A DNA stretch of 64,000 nucleotides from Camelus ferus (lineage: Eukaryota). Shown here piece by piece: positions 1 through 10,724 of the stretch (within the stretch, counting starts at the first letter, position 1; every line of letters starts with the position of its first letter). Below the pieces are notes generated by a model. It was not told the DNA's origin, did not search any database, and saw nothing but the letters and a program-made list of their open reading frames with translations. The translations under genes were made by a program, and so were the position numbers. The stretch covers positions 56,050,001-56,114,000 of the forward strand of contig NC_045697.1 of assembly GCF_009834535.1 (NCBI RefSeq), in the 5' to 3' direction.

Positions 1-187
1 TAGGCAACTAATATAAAATAATGTGCAGGACACTATTCTTATCTCATTCTACCTGATATAAACTAGATCAGAGGCCTACTGTTTACCTTTTTAATCAGAG
101 AATAAGATGCCTGGTATGAGTGGTGTAAGGAAGAGGGCAATGTACCTAACTGCATAGTTTAGGGAAGAGCATCTTGGAATCCAATTC

Positions 188-499
188 TTTTTTTTTTTTT
201 TTGAGTTTTTTTTTTTTTTTGTATGTGTGTGTGTATATATTTTTATTGAAGTATAGTCAGTTTACAATGTTGTGTCAATTTCTGGTGTACAGCATAATGC
301 TTCAGTCATACATGATCATACATATATTCATTTTTTATTCCCCCCACCATAAGTTACCACAAAATATTGAATATAGCTCCATGTGCTATACAGTATGTCC
401 CCATTGTTTATCGATTATATGTATATTAGTATCTGCAAATCTCAAATTCCCAATTTATCCCTTTCCACCCATTCCCCCACCCTGGTAACCATAAGTTTG
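188..499 (-). mobile_element. LINE-1 3' UTR and poly(A) tail (non-inverted part of a 5'-inverted insertion)
   Basis: Poly-T, then ttttattgaagtatagt...ggtaaccataagtttg, the reverse complement of an L1 3' end. Homologous to 51345-51620 and 52540-52780. Confidence 0.9.
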
Positions 500-1149
500 A
501 CCTAAACAAGCAATTCTCCAATGAAGACATACAGATGGCCAAAAGGCACATGAAAAAATGTTCAATATTGTTAATTATCAGAGACATACAAATCAAAACT
601 ACAATGAGGTATCACCTCACACCAGTCAGAATGGCCATCATTAAAAAGTCCACAAATGATAAATGTTGGAGAGGGTGTAGGAAAAAGGGCACCTTCCTAC
701 ACTCTTGGTGGGAATGTAGTTTGGTCCAGTCATTATGGAAAACAATATGGAGATTGTTTAAAAGACTAAAAATAGACTTACTATATGATCCAGCAATCCC
801 ACTTCTGGGCATATATCCAGAGGGAATCTTAATTCAAAAAGACACATGCACCCCAGTGTTCATAGCAGCACTATTTACAGTACCCAAGACATGGAAACAA
901 TCTAAATGTCCATCGACAGATGACTGGATAAAGAAGTTGTGGTATATTTATGCAATAGAATACTACTTAGCCATAAAAAAGAATAAAATAATGCCATTTG
1001 CAGCAATATGGATGGACCTGAAGATTGTCATTCTAAGTGAAGTAAGCCAGGAAGAGAAAGAAAAATACCATATGATATCACTTAAATGTGGAATCTAAAA
1101 ATAAGACAAAAGAACTTATTTTCAAAACAGAAACAGACTCACAGACATG
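500..1149 (+). mobile_element. LINE-1 ORF2 C-terminus and start of 3' UTR (inverted part of the same insertion)
   Basis: ORF 535-1098 (187 aa) is ORF2p C-terminal sequence with the C-x3-C-x7-H-x4-C motif ([18 protein letters not shown]) and the natural end MISLKCGI*. Confidence 0.93.
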
Positions 1150-1299
1150 GAATCCATATTCTTTTTGAAATATCCTTCAACCAAAACTCATATTTTTATC
1201 CCATTATTCCACTATCAGAATTATCTAATGCTGTGAATTGAAGACCCTTTTTGGAACTTGTGGTAAAAATCAGGTAACAAGTTAGTTTTTCCACCTGGT

Positions 1300-1500
1300 A
1301 ATTTAGGATTCAACATTCTTGGGCCTCGTTGATTATCACTCAGCCATTTGCAGTCTATCTCCCAACATATTTTTGTATTGTATTCTGTCTTCTTGCTCAT
1401 TATAAATTAGTGTTTGTTTTTTAAATCCCTTTGTCAATAATTTTAGTAGAGTTTTAGAGGTAATCTAAAGCAGATGCATGAGTTCTGTCTGCTATCTTTA
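1300..1500 (-). mobile_element. Ancient L1M/HAL1-like 5'-end fragment
   Basis: ttttagtagagttttagagg...gcagatgcatgagttctgtctgctatcttta resembles a reversed old L1 5' terminus. Confidence 0.35.
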
Positions 1501-2519
1501 TACAATGCACAAATTCATCAGTATTTTTTAATGCCTTTTAGCAAATACGGGAGCCATAAAAATGTATTCATGTGTGGTTAAAGGTACAAAAATATTTTAT
1601 GTAGTTGTTTGCAATTTTATAAAATATTTTAATGTCAAATTTAGGTTTCAAATATCCTATTAAAAATATTTGGTCTACGTGATTGAGTTCTTGAATTTTC
1701 GTATTACTGCACTACATGATAATAAAAATTTTAATCCACTAAAAGTGACTAGAAAATCCAAAATGGGAAGATATAAAAATTGACTTCAAGTAAAACTGCT
1801 AATGGAACATAATTAAGATAGTTGATGTTTATTTATCTAGTGCTTTTATTTTTTTTTCTGGAAAAGAAAACCTTTACACACAAATAAAAAAATTTTCCCA
1901 CAGTGTGCTTGGAGAAATCAAGTCATAATCCTATGTGCACATGTATGATGATATTTAAAAAGAGATGTATTTCTATTTTCCTGAAACCAGCCACCTGACA
2001 TTTCAAAGATAAGAAGTACTGCTCAGCTTGAATGAACTCAAAAATATCTCTGCAAGTGTATTTGGACTCATTCTTTGAAATGTCAGTTTGGGACAAAGTG
2101 ATAGGAGTTACTCATTCAGTACTGAAATATGTGCTGAGAGTCTAAAACAAGTTTTTTAGGGAGAAAGAATGATGTTGAAGAATATATTTTGAATAAATCA
2201 AGGAAGTAAAATGTGTATGACTATTATTTCATTAGGATAATTATCTATTATTATGATACTTAAAGTTTAAATATAGAAATGTTATGAAATTTGTATATCA
2301 AGATATGTACTTAATTTTCTGAAATTTTTCCTTCAAAAATTCTTTTCTATTAATTTAATGTTCTGTCGGCTATTTCATTTGCTGTTTTGTGTACATGTTG
2401 AACATTTTTGTGTGTCCTAGTATTTTCTTTTTACAGAGCTTTACTATATAATTGGATCTGATTCATCCTGTTTTTGTCAAATAAGTTCAAGGTACAATGA
2501 GAGTGGCTATAAATGACAT

Positions 2520-3275
2520 ATCATTAAAAAATTAGCAGTGAAAATTGGCATAACACAGGGCTCAACGATTGTACTCTTGGGTATTTACTCCAAAGATGTG
2601 AAACTTATTTTCACACAGGAATTTGTACACAAATAGCAGCTTTATTTGTAGTAGCCCAAAGCTGGAAACCACTCAACTGTCCTTTGATGAGTGAATGATT
2701 AAACAAACTGGTACCTCCATACCATGGGATAGTACTCAGCAGTCAAAGGGAATGAGCTATTGATATACCAACAAATTGGCTGAATCCAAGGAAATTATGC
2801 TGAATGAATAAAGCCAGTCTCAAAAGAGTACATATGACACAATTCCACTTATGTAACATTGTGAAATAGCATAACATAAATGGAGAATTTATTAGTGGTT
2901 TCCATGGGATAGGGTAGAGGATATGTGTGGATAGAAAGAGATAACATGAGGGAATAGTTCAGTGATGGTACAAGTATCCTAATTTTCCTGGAGGTCATAC
3001 AAGGCTACATTCACATGTAATAAAGTTTCATAGACATATACACTCATACACACACACACGCAAAAGTGCATGTATAACTGTTGAAACATGAATAAGCTCT
3101 ATAAATTGTACCAATGTCAATTTCTTGGTTTTAATTTTGTATTATAGGTTTATCATGTTAGCATTGGGGGAGATTTAGGGATACAGGAAAGGGTCCACAT
3201 GACTTTTTTATACCTTCCTTTGCAATATCTTGTGAATCTATAATTATTTCAAAATGAAATTTCTACAAAAACTCA
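2520..3275 (+). mobile_element. Old L1 (L1MC/MD-type) ORF2 end and 3' UTR
   Basis: gtactcttgggtatttactcc, gcagctttatttgtagtagcccaaagctggaaac and terminal tgtgaatctataattatttcaaaat. Confidence 0.8.
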
Positions 3276-4449
3276 CTCTTAGTAAAATAGTTTTGACAGG
3301 CAAAACCTTAAGAGAAAATGCAATGTTTTAGAAATTTGCATTCTAGGACCCTGTCACATTTTGAAGGTACTAGTGTTCACTACTATTCACCTCCCATTGG
3401 GGGCTTACAAAAACCTCTGTCCTTAGACTCGTCCACTGTGTCAGTCTGCAGGAAGGCTTCACACACAAGACATGAGTCAGAGCTTGGAAGTGATTTTTTA
3501 AAGTACCAAAGGGGAAATTACTATTCTGTCTTTGAGGGCATTTTTTATCATTCTTTTTTAAAATTTTTCTAAACATGGAATGGAATTTGATTCTAAGACA
3601 CAGTAATACTGGGAAGATATTTTGTAAAGGTAAAGAAAAGGAAGTTTTTATTTCAACCTAGATATTGTGCTCTCTAGAAAAATTATGTGTTTAATATTTA
3701 AAATATATATTTATGAAATACACACCCATTTTCATATTTTTATTAATTTCTACTTGATAAACAAATTTAGTCTTAACAATAACAATTATTGGTGGACCTA
3801 AACCAAGGTTTTGATTTGTAATGTATGTTCATGCTTAGCCCTTTTAGTGGGTCATGTTCTTCCTCAGAGGCAATCAGCACTGACAGTTAAATTTATTTTC
3901 AATTATAGCCCGAAAGACCTGATAGTATCTTTAATGGAATCTACTACTTTTACTACAAACCATTGCTAACATTTTCACATTTTCACAAGTCAAATAATAA
4001 TTTTTACTGATTCTGTGATAAAATCCTCCTCTCTTTTCATGTATTTTAAGAAAACTGCTGTTCAAAGCCTACACATTTTGTAGCAAAGGAAGGGGGATGT
4101 TGCCAGTTATGAAGCCAGTGTGGAAAAAAGACAGGAGCAGAACGGCCATCAACCAATTGGGGGCAATGGAGATTCCAGGAGGAAATGCATCAAAACATGA
4201 TGTATATAACAGAAAGTATGCCTCCCAGAATTGTCAGAATACTTGGAAATATTGTTGACATGCCACAAAAGTGATTAAGTCAAACAAATGATCTTTTTAG
4301 AATAGGGGCTAACTTAAAATTTTTTATTTTAGAAATTTAGGGTAGTATAAGGTTACTCATTATCACCATCTCAACTCTCTTCTATTCCTCTGTTTCTCCT
4401 TCTTTCTTTTATTTTCTCTGTGTGTGTGCATAAGTGCATGCACATTTTC

Positions 4450-4930
4450 TTCTGAAATTTGTTTACTTCTAATTTTCTACTGTTATATAAATAATAAATG
4501 TTAATAGTAGAAAACACAAAAATAAAAAGTAGAAATTATCTCACCATATACAAATGCCATTAATGGCACATAACTTTACACATTAAAAAAACCACTTTGT
4601 ATATGCCTTTATAATTTGATATTTTAGAATTACCTTTTTATGTACACATTCTTCCAAGCATTTAAATGGCTCCGTGATGTTTTATTATACAGATGTATTT
4701 ATCACTTCTTTTGAACATTAGAGTATTGGTGATTTTTAGCCATTAAAAATATATTATGTTTAATCTTTTAATCCATTTTAATTAATTTGCTTAAATTTAA
4801 TAATTGTAATTATTGGATGTAAAGCTACCCACATATTAAAGGCACAATGATACTGTAAAACCACCCTACAAAAAATGTTCTGGATTTACTTCTCACACAC
4901 CAAGTATGAGAGTACCTGAGATTGTCACTG
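4450..4930 (-). mobile_element. Highly decayed L1ME-like fragment
   Basis: Weak similarity to a reversed old L1 3' region (atttacttctcacacaccaagtatgagagtacc). Confidence 0.4.
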
Positions 4931-6789
4931 CCAATTTTTGCCTAGAAGCCTGTTCCATGGACAATCAACAGTGTTATCAGAAGCCGGGTTGCAAATGTAA
5001 CCCTTATTTTTTTATGTTATTGGGCAAATATATTAGTTTCCCCTCTAGCAAACAATAGCTAGTTACATTATAAAATATGTTCTCATATGAGTGGCTTGTT
5101 TATGAATTTCAAGTCAGTATTTGAGCTGAATTTAATAAAAAACCTTTCTCTGAATATGAAAAATCATACAGCTAGTTTTTCACATATCAGCAAAGACTTC
5201 TGGAGTTCAGAAGATGGTTAGAAAAGTGGAGATTTAAGTGAAGTGAGTCACTCTCACAATGTATCACTTCAGTCTTGTGACTTTTCTGAGCATACTTTTC
5301 CTCCTTCTTCAGCCCTGAGAGTCCTTATTATTTCCGCATCTGCATCTTCATATGATGCCAGTTGTCCAAGACGCTGGAGGCAAAGAGTAACCATCGAACT
5401 ACCTGGCAAGTCAGTGTGGCTCCTCATCGACGTCAGCAGCCTTGGCCTCCTAGTCCCGCACGACGTGGGTGATCATAGCACTGTGCTGTAGGGGTGAGTA
5501 GAGAATAAACCAACCACCGCCACCAATGATAAGAATCAGTAGCTCTCAGATCACTGTAATTTGTTTGAATATCTTGTTCCTTATTCTTCACTACAGAACT
5601 CTCTACTAATACTCAGAGACAGTGGAGGATTTTATCTTATTCTCAATATTCATAGAAAAGAGAAAAAAATGAGTGCCAGAATATGATGATGAACCTGTTT
5701 AATAAGTGAAGTTTCTGATGAGTAATGCTTTCATGTATTGTTAAGTAATGAAAGAATTTATATATTTAAACCCTCATTAATTTATTAAAATGCTATTAAT
5801 TCATTATTTTAAAAATTAAATACCCAACTGATAATTAAATTTAAATAATATTAAATCTAACTTTGTTAGGTAAAAAATGTGGGCCATTAATAGAGAGAAG
5901 GGATTCTAGAACTTTAAAAAATTTTCTTAAAAAACAAAGTAATAATGAAACTTTTTTTAATCTTAATTAAATTAAAATGCAGCATATAAAATAATCAATG
6001 TGTCAGCATTAACCTGGTTGTGAACTTCAAGAGCTACTGTTGATTACTTAAATATATTTTAATCAATCTTTACCTTTGGGATCAAAATAATTAACATCAT
6101 CATATATGTATCCATTTCAGGAAATCATGGATCTGAAGAAGTAACTTCATTAGAGTATCTTATAGTTTCATTAGGGGATCCTATCATTTCATATCTAAAA
6201 CCTACCCTGGGTTAAATTTTGCTTGGCTTTTGTTTTTTTTTCCCAAATTCTCCCAAGGAAAGAAGGTAGCAAAGTGATGAAAACATTTAAAACAATTATG
6301 TAAAAAACTGCTAAGATTAAATATTTTAGGAAACATGTTCTTTGGTTTATGGAGTTTTACTTAGATTATTTTTATAAAGATTGTTGCTTGTGTTTTCTAC
6401 CATGGTTTACATGAGCTTCCTGCCGTCTGCTTGTGCTAATACTACCTGTCCACATACCTCAGTCTTGTTATTTTCTTGATTTGGTCCATTGTCTCCTTTG
6501 TATACAAACATATTGTGTATATGGTTTTGTGTACATGAGACAGTCTTTTTCTCTATGTAATGCTCATTTAGGAGCCTTCTTTTCTTGTTTTCTTCTAATC
6601 ATTTATCTGAGCCATACTATGTTATTTGGCTAATTCCTTTTAGATTTAAATAAACCTGAAAATTGTAATATTTTTATCTACTAACTGTTCCCATTTATGC
6701 AGAATTTCTGGGTAGTCCTCTTTTTTCTTGAACAACTGGTTATCAAATTTATTCTTTACTTTTGTTATATTAGAATTTTCCCACATAGA

Positions 6790-6995
6790 GTTAGTGCCAT
6801 AGGTTAAGATTTCCACATCTTACCAGCTGTTGGACTACTCAGGTTGCCTAATCTCATTTCCTCAGTCTTCTCATCATTAACACGGGGCTAATAATTACAC
6901 AGACATGATGGCTGAAACGTCAGTGTTAAGCAAAATAATTAATGTCAAACATCACATAATGCTTCACACACGGTAAATCTTCAGTAAATACTAGC
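6790..6995 (+). mobile_element. MIR SINE
   Basis: ttaccagctgt...cctcagtcttctcatcattaacacggggctaataat matches the MIR core. Confidence 0.65.
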
Positions 6996-8179
6996 AAGTC
7001 TGTTTATAAAATTGCTTTTGTTCTACTTGAATGCCAGTGAAGATATATTTAGATCTATTAATATATAGAATTTAAGTATAATACCTTTTATAGTATAGTA
7101 ACCATTCAAGGTGTCTTATCAAGGTATTCTGAATATCTTTTCTTCATGAAAGCTTAGTACAAAAGGCAGATCCAAGCAGAGATTTAGAGAGATACCAGCC
7201 ACTTTCTCCACTCTGAAGCTATAGTAGTTATCCCAAACAATGAGAAATGCAAACTTTGTAGCCTTTGTGCAAACCAGTAGTATGAAGTAAAAAGACAAAC
7301 CTAGTTTTCATGCAAGGCCATCATCTAATGTAAGTATGCTAAGGATACTTCTATGCCAAGAAATCAACACATGGCCAAATATAAGATTTCCTTTGAGATT
7401 GAGGCCCAAGCCAAACCACCCTCACTTTCTTCCTGATTAACCTTCATTAGACCAAAATATGACTTTCATTGACGTCCCTGGGGCTTCATTTGACAGCTGT
7501 TCATTCTTCCAAAGGTATGTAATAAATATTATTAAACAACCATGAGAAAGATGGCTGCTATTCAACGTGGAGAATACGAAGTACTTTGCATTCTGTATTC
7601 TCAGTTCCATAACAAGGAGAGATAGTGTAATTCCCCACTATAGGGAACAGTGTCCCAGGTTTTCTTAGACATACCTAGTTTAAATTTTGGCTCTTTATCT
7701 CAATAGATACAGTTAGATAATTTGTTCCAGATTTTAATTCAGGAGATAGTGTCAGTGTGTTGATTGACATAAAGCATAAGCTTTGGGTACCTGGAGAAGG
7801 AGAACCAACAAATCACTTCTTTCTCAGAAGAGACAACATCAGTCTTGAATGCTTGACTCTCCTTGGACACTGAGTAGGGTTTTAGATGAGAGATGTGTGT
7901 AACAGGATGGGATGAGGGGAATGTTAAACATTTTTAGAGGGTAGGAGCTTCTGTAGAGTGGAGTGCCAGATGTAAAAGCAGAGAGGTATGAAATGATTTA
8001 GGAAACAGGGAATTCAAAATTTTAGTGTAAAATAAAGTTGAAAATTTGAGTCCTTTATAGTAGAAGGCTTTCAATGATAGGCTGAAGAAATTTGGTAATT
8101 TTGCAGTCAATAGTAAATAACTGGAGTTAGATGAACAGAGTAGTAACAGAAATGCAAAGGATATGGAAGAAAAGGGAAC

Positions 8180-8290
8180 TTGAAGATCATCTTCTTCTCC
8201 ACATCCCTCATTTTACTGACGAGGATACTGAGGCTGATAGAAGTAAAACAAGCTCAAAGCCCCATTTAATGACCTGTTTCATACACAGCA
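8180..8290 (-). mobile_element. MIR fragment
   Basis: ccctcattttactgacgaggatactgaggct is the reversed MIR core. Confidence 0.6.
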
Positions 8291-9799
8291 TTATTATGTA
8301 TTCATCGGCTTTAGATAACTTCCTAGATAATTCTGTTTAGATATTTTTAAGTAACTCAACTGTAAATTTGGGAGGAGGGGCTTACGTTCTGAATGGTCTT
8401 CAAATAGAAACGTAAATTTTAGCTTTGCTTCTCACTGTGAGGCTTTTTGCCAAACTGCAAGACTGATTCACTGCCATTCCTCTAAATTTGCTTCATGCAT
8501 TTGGAGCACATTATAATAGAAAGAAGCTGCTTTTAGATTTCTGGTGCCAAAACATTTCAGGGAAAATAAAATCAAAGATGAGCTTCCACCTCTTTACAAA
8601 ATTGCATCACTGCTGTTTTATTCTTTCATCTTTATTGCAAATATTTAAACAAAAAACAAATGTCATCAGCTAAAGAGTATGAGAAATTTATTGTGAAGAT
8701 AAACAGGGCTCTAGATATCAGAGTTGGTGAGCAGACTCGCCTTTATTAGATGTGAGTGCAAACCTAATCTTCACTGTAATTACTATACACCAAATTAAAC
8801 GAGATACCTTTCTTCTGAAATCACACTTTTTTTGTAGATGCTTGCAGTCTGTTTTTTAATGCCAGTATACTAAAACTGCCCTTTGGCAGTATCTCTTTGA
8901 AAAAAAAAAAAAGAATGAGAAAATTGAAGAAAAAATAATAAAGCAAGAGAAGACATAATAGAGGTGAAACATGGAAAGTTAATTGTTTTAAACTGTTTTT
9001 TCTTAATTGTTTATAAGTCTCTCAATGCAGAAGACAAGAAATTAATTTAAAAAATCTTGAAATTAATTGACCCGTGCTAATTTCACCAGAATTAATTTCA
9101 TATATCTGCATATCATATTATTTCTAAAACATTAAACATTCTATCAATGAAATTAATGAATTATATCATCACATCCTAAAGTATCTGGGACAGCACAACA
9201 CTCAATAGTCAAATTCATTGATTCCTACAATCTCAATCATAGCTCTATATTTAGAAATTCTACCATTTACTTTGAAGAAAATATTGACTAATTATCCCAT
9301 TCCAGCTACCAAAGTATTGCAAGAATAGAAAGGGTCAGTAGCAGTGAGCGATAGTTTAAGAAACTAGCCACGGACCAAAACAGCCTGCGAATGCTTGGCT
9401 GTGTGTGACGACAAGGTTGTTGATGCCACAAGCCTATGATGGGCAGCAGGCAGTATGCCAAACCAAGGGACCCGCTTCTCTGAGGGCTGGCTGCTTAACT
9501 CGGGCTGATTTCCCTTCAGCCTCCCAGGAGCCCCGGTCTTCGCAGGCGTTGTCAGTAGAATTCTTCGCCCTAATTATCCGCGGAGGAAGACGCGCCTTTC
9601 CCGGAGACCGCTAGGCAACACTCACCACGGCAGCTTCCAGATTACTTCCCCCCGTGGGTGTGTGACTTCGTCTAAGCAACTCACACTTACAGTAGATTCT
9701 CACTGGCAAGGCTGCGAGCAGCAGAGGGCGGGGGAGCTGGGAAGAGGAGGAGGGAGGAGGGTGGGAGGCGCAGAGCCGGGAGGCCGAGGAGACGACGGA

Positions 9800-10543
9800 G
9801 CTCCAGACTCAGCAGGAGCGCGTCGTGGCGGTGCAGTTTCAAGCTCGCCTGCCCAGCCGCTCACACATCGCCTCCTCCCCGAGCAGCGGGAACCGCAGCA
9901 GCTCCGGGCCGCCGCCGCCGGGCTCCGCGCTCCTGTCCGCTCGCCGCCGTCAGTCCCTCCCCTCGTCGTCGCTCAGCCCGCAGCTGTTTCCTCCTGCCTC
10001 TTTGAACTCTCTGGATCTTTTCCTTTGCTCGCCTCTCCCGTATTTTCCCCACCCTGTATTTTCCCAACTCCTCTCCTTTTCTCCTTAGCGGCCCTGCTTT
10101 TTTCTCCTCTTTTTTATTGAGGAATTCTGCTTGACTTCAGATGACCTGTCTTCCTTACCTTCGTCCACTTAAGCCCTGAAGACTGAAAAGGCGCCTTTAT
10201 CTTCCTCCCAGTGGCATTTCAAAGCCCCCAATCCTTTAAAGTCTAAAGAGGCAAGGAACAGGACGCGGGACCTTCTCGGCACCCTTGAGTCCAGTCCTGA
10301 ATTGCACTATCAGCCGTAACTAGTATTTCATTGAACCCCACGGGAGAGGAGCAGGGAGCAAACTTCAGCCCTCTCGGAGGATCCGTGGTTCCCACATTTG
10401 TACGAGCCGCGTGCCAGAAGGCGAAGGAGCCCACGGGGAACGAGGAGGAGCCGCGAGCCTCTGTCGCCCCCTCTGCGAGGCGAGAGCCGTGAGCCGTGGA
10501 CTGAGCGGCACGGGACAGCGGCGGCGGAGGCGGCGAGGAGAAG
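9800..10543 (+). other. EPHA5: Probable EPHA5 5' UTR (start site not determinable from sequence)
   Basis: Lies between the G-rich/GC-box promoter and the ATG. Contains GCC repeats, a pyrimidine tract (~9985-10117) and a single upstream ATG. Confidence 0.5.
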
Positions 10544-10724
10544 ATGCGGGGTTCGGGGCCCCGGGGTGCGGGACGCCGGCGGCCCCCAGGCGGTGGCGGC
10601 GACCCCTCCAGCACCCCTGCGTCTCTGGCCGGCTGCTACTCCGCACCTCGCAGGGCCCCCCTCTGGACGTGCCTTCTCCTGTGCGCTGCACTCCGGACCC
10701 TCCTGGCCAGCCCCAGCAACGAAG
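10544..10724 (+). CDS. EPHA5: EPHA5 coding exon 1 (basic N-terminal extension plus signal peptide), 181 nt, ends in phase 1
   Basis: ATG at 10544 (gagaagATGc, A at -3) gives [60 protein letters not shown], the recognisable EphA5 N-terminus. Donor AAG|GTAGAG at 10724/10725. Confidence 0.97.

Noticed and set aside
535..1098. 187-aa ORF as a host gene
   Set aside because: It is the LINE-1 ORF2p C-terminus within a truncated, inverted insertion.
10501..10522. REST/NRSE-like site (gagcggcacgggacagcg), plus GGACAGCGC at ~11690
   Set aside because: Only the right half matches. The TCAGCACC left half is missing or mis-spaced.
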